NCBI RefSeq assembly: GCF_009914755.1
Contig: NC_060929.1
DNA from: the human T2T-CHM13v2.0 reference genome, Homo sapiens
Strand: one strand, 5' to 3'
DNA length: 64,000 nt
In this document: piece by piece, positions 1-13,313 of the stretch
Numbering within the stretch: the first letter of the stretch is position 1
How the letters are laid out: each line of letters starts with the position of its first letter
Position numbers and translations under genes: made by a program
The notes under the pieces: model-generated
What the model was told of the DNA's origin: nothing
Databases searched by the model: none
The model's input: only the letters and a program-made list of their open reading frames with translations

Positions 1-624
1 GAAAAACTTTGCAAGTACAAATACTCAATGGAGAGTCAATACAGTATAAGGGTATGACAAATGAAACTGTGTTTTTGACATGACTGTTTGTTCTTATAAA
101 TTCAAGTGATTCTTGACCCACTAGTGCTGCAGCCTAAACTAAGAAACCCCTTAAATATTTTAATACTGCCACATGTTGATTTCTATCACATTCTCTGTAG
201 GACTTTGGTAACATTCATGACAGTCACAATGTGTTGCCTCTTTTACTTAAGCTCAAGAATTTATTCTCTGCCCACATTTTAGAAATGTAAAAGGCACTTT
301 TACTGCTAATATTTAGGTTAAATTGTAGTATTTGATTTTTTGAAGCAAAGATCTTGGCATGTATATTTTTCAGATTGTAATTTGTTCAGATGTAGTAGGA
401 TGGGTATATAACTTTATTAATGAAGAAAGTTAATAAAAGCAGATTGGCAGAACCAGAGAAGATACAGCAGGTAGAGAATACTAAAGCCCCAAGTTTACAT
501 AAAATGTAAATACATCTGTTTGAGTACCTCAGTGTGGCCTTACCATTAGTTCTGTCAATAAACATTCCAAACTTACTGGGTTTTACAAACATTTCTTAGC
601 ACTACAGCTTCATCTGAAAAATAA

Positions 625-850
625 TAATAAATTATAGTTTCTAAAATGCCTACTGCATACCCGACACTATATTAAACACCTACACATGTTACCACATTTT
701 ATCCTTAGGACAACTTGGTGCCATAGATATTATTATTGTCATCTTAAAAAATATATATCTAGGGCTGTGGTTAGAGAAATTAGGTAACTTGCCAAGTTAT
801 ATGGCAGTTTAAGCCAGAGTTTGAGTGCATTTCCTTCAGGCTAGAGACCT
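625..850 (-). mobile_element. MIR SINE, degenerate
   Basis: Antisense MIR-like core (…TTAGAGAAATTAGGTAACTTGCCAAG…GCCAGAGTTTGA) and 3' region; boundaries approximate. Confidence 0.6.
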
Positions 851-2159
851 TGTCCTCAAGTATGTTGTTAATTTGGAGGAAAACTCATCTTTGAAGAAGC
901 TGAGAGCCTCTCACAAAGGGTACCATGTTAACCTGTGGAAAGTGGACTTCTTTTCCTTGTTTCCTTCCTTGTCAGAGCCCATTGACCTGACAAGAGAGAG
1001 ATAGAAGATCCTTTCCAAAGGTATCTTAAATATCTTAAATACATATCTTTTTCTTGAGCACACTGGAGTTTACCACTCTTCTCTCTCTTTTGTAAAGATA
1101 GAGTCTTAAATGATTAAACTGTAGTGTATTTCCCAATCAGATTTCCCTTCTGGTTGAGGAGGAAAGTAAAAGACCAGCATTAGTCTCCAGTTTTGGAGCA
1201 GTTAGTTTGAGATACATGAGAGTGGTAAGAGTGACCATATAGACAAAAAGTGGTGAAACAATAGCAGTATTTCAACATTCTGTTTATTTCAACACTTGAG
1301 GCTTAAGGAAAGCCCAAGATTTTGGTCAAGTACTCTACTTTTGTTGTTAGTTGAGGAGCTGCAGTGTGGAATAATTCTGAAAGGCCAGATGTTTGTTTGT
1401 TCTAGAAAAATTTGAACATTATGTTTGATTCTCGTATAGATGTTACGGGAATACTAGGATAAAGTCTGGTGGCACTGAAGAATAGTGGAATCTTTATGTG
1501 GGAAAGAAATCGAGAGAATTATTGAGGTCAGATTGACTAACAATTTCAGATTGATTCAGGTCAGGGCCATAATTATCCATTTGGTTGACTATAGCATAAA
1601 GATCCACATTAGGAAACTTTTTCTGGTTAATTGTCTAATGTTGTTTCATTCTGTCCTTGGTAAATACAGTGTGAGGTTACTTATATGCTGGCAAAGAAAT
1701 ATGTTTTACTTGCAAAAATTATGATGATTTACATATTTTAAAAATGGGCCTGGGAAATGATTTGCAAAACCATGGGAGAATAAACTGATGCATTGTTATG
1801 TTATTTGCCATACACAGAAAAAAAATTGTATTGCTTTGCCTTCTTTTAATGTAAGATACAATCATTTTCTAACATAGAAACAGTTGAGCCTTATTTTATT
1901 TCTTTGAAAAGTATAATTGAGAGCATTAACAAACCATGAACTCAAAATGTGGAAAAAAATTCTTACTGGTAAATATCATGTCAAAACCTTTGGGCTCTTA
2001 AAATCAACCACATGTTGATTAGAGCATCTTTGGAAAGGTAGAAAGAAGTTGGAAAAATGTTCAGTTAGCACCTCTGTATTCCTAATCTATTCTATACCTT
2101 CTGTAAGATTAAAACTTTCTGCAACGACTTTCTCTTGGGAATTTCATTAATAAATTTAG

Positions 2160-2400
2160 AAGGTGTAAGGTTTTTGGACTCAAAAGAATCTGTTCAAATG
2201 TAGCTTTGTCATTTACTAGTCATACATCTTTAATGCTTACCTTAATTATTTTTTCACTTATTTATTTTTAGTTTTTCTCCTCTGTACAATGGAAATAATC
2301 AGTATTTCCCTTATAGGATGGTTGTGAAGAGTAACAACCAATGCATACAAGTTACTTAACAAGTTAATCATATGTAGGAACTGATAATTTTGTAAAGGGA
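2160..2400 (+). mobile_element. MIR SINE
   Basis: TTTGGACTC…GTTCAAAT…CATTTACTAG…CTCTGTACAATGGAAATAAT…ATAGGATGGTTGTGAAG matches MIR consensus order. Confidence 0.7.
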
Positions 2401-3945
2401 GTATATCTTTTATTATCATCAACATTAATAAAGGTCAATTATTGTTTAAGTTTTATTAAATAAATACTGAACTAAGATACAGTATCAGATGTGTACAGAG
2501 AATTACACTACTCTCTTTGGTCTTTACGTTTTATCTCAAGGCATATGAATAATGGCAATCCCAAATTAATGTAATCTGAGCCACATGGGGTATCATTTCC
2601 TATCCAAATGGTTCTCAGGTTTGGAATGGATGTGAAAGTGAACTTTTGTCCAACAAGGAGAAGGGCTGGGAGTGGATGAAAAGTGTCTGTGAGCATGGGC
2701 CAGCCTCTCAGGAATTGAATCAGGCTGGCTCCCACCTACTTAGCTCTGCTGTGGTACCTCTTCTTGGTGCCCCTTTCTCTACCTCAGTTTGATACTTCAG
2801 TTGGGGTTTTTATGTCCCCTTGCATGCCCACCACCTGACCCACCCTCAGAAATTCTCTGAGACCAAATACCCTCCAATGTATAAGGTTGCAGTTCCACCC
2901 CTGTAGTGCTGCCTCGCTGGGCTGTAGGCCTTAGCAGGAGAAGGGATGTCAGAGTTATGGTCAGAAGCAGGCGAAGTATTCCCAGTCTCTAGGGCCATCT
3001 CCTCCTAAACAATGTGTTGCTTAATAATGACCCGGGGAAACACATCCCTCATAGTAGTAGGCTTAAATAACTCAGCCCCCAAATGCTAATTTTAGATACT
3101 TAATAAAATGCTCTGTTTCAAGGTATGTTCTTCTTTCATAGTTGGAAAAACCATCTCTTGTGGGTTGTCTTGGAGGTTCCATTTCAGGATGGAAAACTTG
3201 TCCATCCATATTTCTACCAGAAATTTCTTTTGTTCTTCACTTTTATCTGGTTAGAACTGTGCCCTGCATATTTTTTTTTCTCTCTGATATTTCAGTGGGT
3301 AGCCAGGCACAAGGACCAAAGGGCTATCTGAAATATGAACATGGGTTTACTGTAGTGGTTTTTTTTTAAAAAAACAAGGCTCCTTTTAAGAACTTTCTTA
3401 AATTTGTCTATCAAAATGGCCATGAATACAATTTTCTGAGAGTTCGCATGAAACCATAATACAACACAAAGGATTTCAATTAATATTTGGTCAAAAGTTT
3501 ACATGTTATATTTTAAGTACTGTGCATTTCAAATGCATGAGATTTGCTTTTATATTGAATAGGGATGTAATCAAATGAAGCAAATTTCAGTGGTCCAGGG
3601 AAGGTAACAGAACAGCTGTGTAAATTCAATCACTCTCCTCCATTTCCATCCTTCTGGGTGGCTTCACTACGAGCATGATGAGCTAACAAGTTACTTGATT
3701 GACTAGCAGGAGAAGTCCTACCCATCACAACTGGTAAGCTTTATAATCTTTTGTTGAAAGTTAACAGAGCCCTGTGGACATTCCAAACAACTTTGGCACT
3801 AAAAGAACTTTCATAGCTATTTCCTGTAGAAAATGGCAAGAGTATTATAGCAGAGTTGAGGATTTTCCTCAGAGAATAAAGGCAATTTGGAACTTCAGCT
3901 CATATTTTAAAATCAATCTTTATGTAAGGCGAGCATGTCTTAGCA

Positions 3946-4034
3946 CATACCTGTTGTCCTGGCATAATTATTAGTAGTGCCCCTTCTGACTGTCAAAGTG
4001 CCTGGTTTGGGACAGTTAATTTTATGGTCACACT
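3946..4034 (-). mobile_element. MER94-like hAT (Blackjack) DNA transposon fragment
   Basis: CCTGTTGTCCTGGCATAATTATTAGTAGTGCCCC…GGTTTGGGACAGTTAATTTTATGGTCACACT resembles the reverse complement of recalled MER94, including the terminal TATGGTCACCCT-like end. Confidence 0.6.
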
Positions 4035-7000
4035 AATAACGAGGTACATATATGGGAACTTGGAGCCTGAGTAATGCCTCTGTCATTTTAATATCAATAT
4101 TAGAGTATATATAAAAGATGTAAACCTGGCAGCAAATATGACTTGTAGAATTATTAATGTTCCTAAAAGTTCTATGGTAATAAATACTCTTTGTCAGGTG
4201 TCTAGTATCTGAGTTTTTAATTATGTTCTTTGTGCAAACCTTGAATTAACCACAGAGTAAAATGTTTATTATTTATACCTCATCTCATTTTAAACAGAGT
4301 AGAGATGTCCTATAAAAACAAAGAAAACAGAAAATAAGCGAAGAAAATTGGTGACAGAAGGGAGTGAAGTTAGTAAAAGTAAAATGAATCCTGGGATATA
4401 TTTATTACTCCAAAGATATGCTTTAAAGTCTTGTAGCAACAGGCAGAAATTCTGTTTTTTAGGTTCCTGGAAACCAGTAAAATAAATGTGATCAGTTACA
4501 TGATTCACAGTGTCTACACGAAGAAAAAAAATGGTAGGGGTATGAGAGACATTCATATTGTTCAAGATCAATAATAAGTACAATGGAAACGTCAAGGTGC
4601 TCCCGACGCTTCCCCTTCCTCTGGCAGCCCTGCTGTAGCAATTCCCCTCACTTTGTTCCCCAAAGTCCAACCCTCATACTATTTCGATATTTCCTTGCAT
4701 CATTTTTTCACCTGGCTGTCAATTGGGCCAGAGTGTGATAAGACTACTTCCTTATGTAAGCCACAGCGGTCAGTGAAATAACTTATCAATCAGGGTTTTT
4801 TTGCATTCGAGTTAACCTGACTCTGCATCTGTCATCCCAGGCCACTTCCTTAAACACCAGCTTCTCTAGGAATCCATTCTATTACTCTTTCCCCTTATTG
4901 CCTGCCCTCCTTGCCTGGTGCATTCCCCTCCCTATCTTTTCTTCTACTGCCTTTCATCTCAACCCTTCTCACACATTTTCCCTTCACCAATATCCCCAAT
5001 ATCTTCTTCCCTTCTATTTTATCCTATGATGTTGCTCTGTCTTTTATGTGCCTCATACCCTTGGGCCTGGATTGGATTGTGTCTCCCTAAATTATTTTTC
5101 TACTTCCAGGTCAATACATCCTCATTTCTGTGTAAAAGTGTTTATTCTTTGAGGTCAGTTTCACTGTTAAGTGATCATCCATTTCTTGCCCCAATTTCTG
5201 CATATGAGGTCTTATATTTAGGTCTTATATCTATTTTGAGTTTTGTTTTTGTGTATGGCATAACATAAATGTCCAGTTTCATTCTTTTGCATGTGGAAAT
5301 TGAGTTTTCTCAGCACCATTTATTGAAGACACCATCCTTCCCCTGCTGTATCCTCTTGGTGCCCTTGGCACCAAAAACTGGTTGACCCTATATGTTTGCA
5401 TTTATTTCTGAAACACTCTATTCTGCTCCACTGGTCTATAAGTCTGTTTTTATGCCAGTATCATATTGTTTTGAGTACTATAGCTTTATAACATAATTTT
5501 AAATCAGGAAGTGTGATATCTCCAACTTATTTTTTCTTTCTTAGAATTGTTTTGATTATTTGGGTTCTTTTATAGTTCTATACAAGTTTTAGTATTATTT
5601 TCCTATTTCTAAGAATGCCATTAAGATTTTAACAGAGACTGTGTTAAATCTGTATATTGCTTTGAGTAATATGGACATTCTAACAATATTAATTTTTGCG
5701 ATTCATGAGTATGGGGTATCTTTCATTTATTTGTGTCTTCTTCAGTTTCCCTCATCAATGTTTTGTAATTCTCAGTGTACAGGTTTTTCACCTCCTTGCT
5801 TAAATTTATTCTTAGGTATTTTGTTTTATTTTTTGGATGCTATTGAAAATGAGATTGTTTCTTGATTTGTTTTTTCAGTTAGTTGTTTTTTGTGTGTACA
5901 AATGCTACTGATTTTGGTATGTCAATTTTATATTCTGAAAGTTTATTAAATTCATTTATTAGTTTTAACAGTTTTGGGGTGGAATCTTTGGGGTTTTTCT
6001 ACATATAGGATCATGTTATCTGCAAAGAGAGATAATTTTATTTCTTTATTTGGATGCCTTTTTTTTTCTTGTCTGATTGCTTTGCTATTATTTCCAGTAC
6101 AATGTTGAATATAAGTGGTGAGAGTGGGCATCCTTGTCTTGTACTGGATCTTAGTAGATAAGGTTTCAGTTTTTCTCCATTGATTATAATGTTAGCTGTG
6201 GGTTTTTCATAAATGGCCTTTATTAAGTTGAGGACCTTTTCTTTTGTACCCAAATCGTTGAGAGTTTTTCTATTTTTATCAAGAAAGGATGTTGGACTTT
6301 GTCCAATGCTTTTTCTCCATCAATTGAGATGATCCTGTGGTTTTTAACTTTTTATTTTGTTAATATGATGTATCACACTGATGGATGTGTGTATTTTAAG
6401 CCAGCCTTGCCATGCCAGGGATAAATCCCATTTTGTCATGATGTATAATCTTTTTGCTATGTTGTTGGATTTGGTTAGCTAGTATTTTCCCTAGGATTTT
6501 TCCATCAGCGTTCATCAGAGAAACTGATCAGTAGTTTTATTTTCTTGTGATATCCTTCTCTGGCTTAGGTATTAAGGTGATGCTAACCTCATAAAATGTG
6601 TTTAAAAGCATTTTCTCAAGGTCTATTTTTCTCAGTAGAGTTTAAGAAGTATTGATATTGATTCTTATTTGAATGTTTACTAGAATTCAATTGTGAAGGC
6701 ATCTGGTCTTAGGCTTTTCTTTGTTGGAGGTTTTTGATTCTTTAATTTATTTATTTGTTATTGGTCTGCTCAGGCTTTCCATTTCTTCTTAATTCAATCT
6801 TGGTAGGTTGTATCTTTCTAGGAATTTATTCATTTCCTCTAGATTATTCAATTTATTGGCATATAATTATTCATAATAATTCCTTATTTTTTTATTTGAG
6901 GCATGTGTTTTACTCTCTTCACTTTCATTCCTGATTTTATTTATTTGAGTCTTCTTTCTTTTTTTCTTAGATTAGCAAGGGCTTGTCAATTTTGTTTTTT

Positions 7001-7664
7001 TTAAAAAAACAAACTTTTAGTTTTATTGATTTGTTTTGTGGTTTTTCTCTATTTGATTTATTTCTATTATGACTTTTATTATTTTGTTCCTTCTGCTAAT
7101 TTTTGGTTTAATTTGTTCTTTTTCTAGTTTCTTGAGGTATAATATTAGACTATTTATTTGGAATCTTTCTTCTTTTTTAATGTAAGCGTTTATTGCCATA
7201 AAATTCTTAGAATTGTTTTTGGTACATTCCATAGATTTTGGTACGTTATGTTTATATTTTCATTTGTATCAAGATATGTTTTAGTTTCCATTTTGATTTC
7301 TTCTTTTATTCATTGGATTTTCAGGAGCATGTTGTTTCATTTCCACATATTTTTCAATTTTCCAGGATTCCTCCTGCTATTAATTTCTAGTTTCATATTA
7401 TTGTGGTCTGAAATGATATGAGAGACAATTTTAATCTTCTTAAATTTGTTAAGACTTGTTTTGTGGCCTAACATATGGCTTATACTGGAAAATGTTCCAT
7501 GTGCACTGGAGAAAATATGTGTTCTGCTGTTGTTGGATGGAAAGTCCTCTGTAGGTTTGTTAGGTCTATTTGGTCAAAACTGCAATTTAAATCCAATATT
7601 TCTTTATTAATTTCCTGTGTGTTTGAGCTATGACTTGTTGAAATTGGGATATTGAAATTATCTA

Positions 7665-7920
<256 letters not shown>

Positions 7921-8204
7921 AAAAGAAGGAAAGAAAGAAAGTAAGCAAGTAAGCAAGAAAGAGAGAGAGAGAGAGAGAGAGAGAAATGAAAGAAAGGAAG
8001 GAAAGAAAGAAAGAAAAAAGAAAAGGAAGAAAGGGAGAAACAAAGGAAGAAAGAAGGGAAAAAAGGACGGAAGAAAGGAAGAGAGAAAAGAAAGGAAAAA
8101 AGGAAGAAAAGAAAGAGAAGGGAAGAAAGAAAGGAAGAAAAAAGGAAGGAAGAAAGGAAGGAAGGGAAAAGGAAAGAAGAAAGGAAGGAAGGAAGAAAAA
8201 GAAG
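7921..8204 (+). repeat. GA-rich low-complexity tract derived from the Alu tail
   Basis: About 284 bp of (GAAA)/(GGAA)/(GA)n with only about 7 pyrimidines. Confidence 0.95.
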
Positions 8205-10081
8205 TTTTCTTCTATTGTCATATTATTATCTATTTCACCCTTCATGTTTATTAATTTTGCTTTATGTATTTATGTGTTCTGATGTTACGTCCATATATGT
8301 TTACAATGAATATGTACTCTTAATGAGTTGACCCCTTTATCATTAAATAATGATCTTTGTTTCTTGCAACAGTTTTTGACTTGAAGTCTATTTTATCAGA
8401 TAAAAGTGTAGCCACTCCTACTCTCTTTAGGTTTCCATTTGCATGGAATATCTTTTCATCCTTTCACTTTTGCCCTTAAAGCCTAACTGGGTCTCTTGTA
8501 GGTAGCATGTAGCTGGATCTTGGGTGTGTTTTTTTTTAATCCATTAAGCTATGCTATGTCTTTTGATTGAATAATTTAATTCATTTATATTTAAGGTTAT
8601 TATTGATAGGTCAGGAGTTATCACTGTCACTTTGTTCTTGTTTTCTGGTTGTTTAGTAGTTCCTTTGTTTCTTCCTCTCTTGTTGTCTTCCTCTTTGACT
8701 TGACAATGTTCTAGACTGCTAAGCTTTGATTCCTTTCTTTTTATCATTTGTGTATCTGCTGTAGTTCTTTTGTCTTGTGGCTATCATGAGGCTTACATAA
8801 AACATTAGTTATAATCTATTCCAAGCTGTTAACAACTTCTGTTGCATATAAAAACTTTTACCCTCCAAATCCACAATTTGTCTTGATGTTACAATTTACA
8901 TCTTTCTATATTGTGTATTTCTTAGCAACTTATTGCAGCTTTAGTTATTTTTGACCATTTTTACTTTTAACCTATATACTGGAAATAGGTATGATTTACA
9001 CACCACCTTTATGGAATTGGTGTATTCTGGATTTGATGCATTTACCCCTACCAGTGAGTTTTATACTTTCATGGTTGTTCATGATAGTATTATTGTCCTT
9101 TAATTTCTGCTTGAAGAACTCCCTTGAGCATTTCTTAGAAGGCAAGTCTCGTAATAATAAATTCTCTCAGCTTTTGCTTGTCTGGGAAAGACTATTTCTA
9201 TTCATTTCTGAAGGGCAGATTTTTTGTGCATAGTATTCTTGGCTACCAGTTTTTTTTTTCTTTCTTTCAGCACTTTATATCATCCCATTCTCTCCTGGCT
9301 TGCAAGGTTTTTGCTTGGAAATCTTCTGGTAGTTTAATGGGCATTCCTTTATATGTAACTTGATGCTTTACCCTTGCTGCTTTTAAAGTTCTCTTTTTGT
9401 CTTTGAATTTTGACAGTTCTGGTTTCAAGATTCCAGTTCCCTTAGGGACAAGGCATTACTTCAGCTTGACTTTAAATGGAGGATGCACCAATGACTGTTG
9501 GGGGTCATGATGTGGCTCTGTGGTAGCTTGTCCTTAGTAGGTAGGATGTCCTTAGTAGCACCTCTGCTTGGGTATGGCGTGATATGAGGTGGGCATGGTG
9601 CAGTAGCAGCTGAGCCTCGGGAATGGAGAGATACAATACCTATTTGCCCCCAGAGAATGATGCACTTTGGCAGTCACTCAAGTTACAAGATGTTGCAGAG
9701 CAGTAGAAGCTTGGGCCATGAGGTGCAATGCACAGTATCATCTCCTTCTTTAGGAGTATCTCACTTGTGTGGGCTCTGTGAGCTTCCTTAGCTGGGCTCA
9801 GAGCCTTTGAGGGCTGCAGGAATCTCCAATAGCAAAGACCCAGTTATCCATGGTGGTAATGGGGTCTTCTGTGGTCCTTTTGCTTACCTTTACCCTGCAG
9901 GGAGAAGACACTCCTGGTTCTAAAGAGGACAAAACTTGGGGAGTGAAGTGGCAGAGGTGAAGTGCCTCCTTCTTTTTTCTGTGTGCCCATCCTGGGTTTC
10001 TATGTTCTACAGGATTTCTATTGCTTTTCTGCTGTTCTCTGGTGCTCTCCTTTAGTTGCTTTAGTAGTTATTTGTTGTTTT

Positions 10082-10083
<2 letters not shown>

Positions 10084-10135
<52 letters not shown>
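10084..10135. repeat. (T)52 homopolymer within the L1 5'UTR
   Basis: Direct count of the uninterrupted T run. Confidence 0.95.
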
Positions 10136-10140
<5 letters not shown>

Positions 10141-10230
10141 GCAAAGGAGTGCTAGGAGCTTCTAGTTTGCCATCTTGCTGATGTCACTCCCAATTTTTAA
10201 ATTACACATTATATATAAGATAAAATTTAA

Positions 10231-10256
10231 CTCTCTCTCTCTCTCTCTATATATAT
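10231..10256. repeat. (CT)n(AT)n compound microsatellite
   Basis: CTCTCTCTCTCTCTCTCTATATATAT. Confidence 0.9.
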
Positions 10257-10643
10257 GAAGTTGTTCGCTATAAAAGCTTAGACTCAACTTTCCATGTTAT
10301 TACTGTACAACCTCTAGTGGTATCACAATTTATTTTATCATTAAATCCTGTTCAATTTCTCACTATCTAAATGCTTTTTGGCTCATTCCAGATGATACTT
10401 CTATTTTCACAGCACTTTAGTATTGAAAGGGCCTACATATCATGAGAGGACATGACCCAGGTATACTGAAATCTTATTTCTAGTGTCTACAACAGGTTAC
10501 CCGTACCTCATTTAACTTTGGACTTACGGACTTTCAATCTGAGACTCTGAGGCACTTGATTTGCATTAGCTATATACAGTTTCCAGCTTTCTGGAAGTCC
10601 AGAACTGCATAATCTTGAGGGAAGGAAATTTAGCAATGTGCTA

Positions 10644-10645
<2 letters not shown>

Positions 10646-10689
<44 letters not shown>
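10646..10689. repeat. (TG)22 microsatellite
   Basis: Perfect TG run. Confidence 0.95.
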
Positions 10690-10692
<3 letters not shown>

Positions 10693-11680
10693 TATACCTA
10701 CAGTGATTGGCTTGCTCCAGCTTTCTCTTTTTCTTTTTTACTTGGGATTGTGTTTCCTGTTTATATGAACTGGGGTGATCCAGAGGCCTCCACAGGCAAT
10801 AAATCCTGCAAGGGCAGAAAAGATAGGAAAGCGTTCTTTCCCCTAACACAATTCATAAGGTGGCTCTGGAGCCTGCAGTACAGTTTTTATGGTTTTAAAA
10901 ATTTCTAATGTGGATGTGCCCAAGGAAGAACTAAGAGCAGCAGAGCATTTCTCTATTCCAATTCTCATTCAGAAAAAGCTCTAGGAAGCAGATAAGAGAT
11001 TATGGACAGGAATAGAATCATACGTGATCTGATGACTGAAGTTTAATTATGAATAGAATCAGGGAGAAAGTTATTTCTGAAATCTCTCTTTCCTCCCTGT
11101 AGTTGAATTTTCCAAGATAAATTAGAAGAAAATGTGAATGCTTTATCTACAAATGAGCTGCATCTAGAGAAATGATTTTCTCTCCTTTATGGATTATTTA
11201 ATTTACTAGAGTGCACCAAATAACAGACATTTGGGTTGTTTTCCTGTCAATACTCTTGTTTTATAGATGAAGAAACTGAGGCCCGAAAAGAGAGTAGATT
11301 CTCTTTTCTCAATATACAGTCTTCCCTCTTTTCCCATTCATCTCTAAATCTTTTTAACATACATTCACATTTCTTGCCTACCCCACCCCCTCCACACTTT
11401 CATGTTATTGATCTTGGTTTTGTTCAGGCCTCATTGGCAACAGCAGGTTGAATATAACGGTGAGATTCCTGAAGTGTCAACAAATAGTGATTGAGCAGTT
11501 AAAACTCAAATCACATTCACTGCAATTATAAGAGATTGAACAGAGCAGGCATGTGCTCCTCAAGCTCTCCTGAGTCTAGAAGGAGAAATTTTTAAGGAAG
11601 CACGTCTCAAATCCCTGAGACAACCCATGATGCTCAATGAAAGCAATCAAAGATCCAATATCTGGAAGAAAAAAAAATCT

Positions 11681-12016
<336 letters not shown>

Positions 12017-12417
12017 TTACTAAGTAAAAATGTTAAAGGAGATGTGAAGTTGTAGAGAAGAAAACGCAGGTGTGTACAGAGAAGAGTTAAAATGGAGACA
12101 ACTCCCTCAAGTGACCAAACGGCCCAGGGCTGGGAAATAAATCTCTTGACAGTTTTTCAAAGTCTAAGAAATCTGTGTTTATAAGTTAGCTAAAACACCT
12201 GCTCAAGTTTCACTTTTGGGTGACTTATGTTCTGTAAAATTTAGCTTGAGTTTTAAAAGGTGATGAGTGATTAGTGAAGCTGATCCTGATCCCTATTGAG
12301 TTTTTCAAATTAAATGGATTGCATTTTGCACAGATAACATGTGTTGTGGTTAAAGTATCAGGCACCAGCTTCTCTGAAGAGGGATAAACAATGGAATGAA
12401 CTCTCAACATTTCCATT

Positions 12418-12760
12418 AACTTTTTTATTTTGAACTGGTTATAGACTCACAAAAAGTTGCAAAAATAGTGTGGAGAGGTCTTGTGTACTCTTCAAACAGC
12501 TACCTTCCTCTCACTTCCCATGGTAATATTTTATATAACTAGAGTTCATTACTAAAACCAGGAAATTGACAGTGATATAATACAATTAACTAGTCTACAG
12601 ATCTTACTCAAACTTCATCAGTTTTGACAAGTACTCATTTTTTATGTGTGTAGTCATAAGAAAATTTATCCCATTTATAGATTAATGTACCACTACAGCT
12701 AAGATACAGAACTGTTGCCTCACCTCAAAGGAGGAATGGAACCATTCACACTACTGATCT
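12418..12760 (-). mobile_element. Old L1 3' end (L1MC/L1MD-type)
   Basis: TTTTATTTTGAA…TATAGACTCACAAAAAGTTGCAAAAATAG…AAAACCAGGAAATTGACA is typical antisense L1M 3'UTR. Confidence 0.75.
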
Positions 12761-13204
12761 GTAGTCACCTTACCTTTATATGTGAATGAATGCACCATGT
12801 AGTCCATTGTCCTTATTTGTTGTTCATGAGACAGGAAACAGTTTTTATTTGAGGGAAAATGATATGAATTATTTTGCTTTTAAAGAACATTATAAAAAAT
12901 TGAGATGAAACTTTCTCTAAGATTATAATGACATAGATGATATATATCATGCTGGATTACACAATAGGATATAGTTCAAATTCCTAATATCTTTCTTTCA
13001 CAACATCAAAGAAATTCTTTGAAAAGTATAAAGCCCCACTGTTTACAGCTGTGGGTGACAGGATTGTAATGAAGTGATAAGATACTATGTCAAATATAGT
13101 GATGGCCTCTCTGTCTGGTCCTATTGAGTGAGAATTTTGACCAATTCACGCAATAATTTTCCTGTTTATAGAGTTTCAGTTGATGTTCTGACATTCCATT
13201 TTTC

Positions 13205-13207
<3 letters not shown>

Positions 13208-13254
<47 letters not shown>

Positions 13255-13313
13255 CACACACATTTCTTTATACATTTCTTTATATATATGTGTGTATATA
13301 TATATATATATAT
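13208..13313. repeat. (TA)n compound microsatellite with palindromic arrangement
   Basis: (AT)~20-ACACATACACACA…TATGTGTGTA-(TA)~9. Confidence 0.9.
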
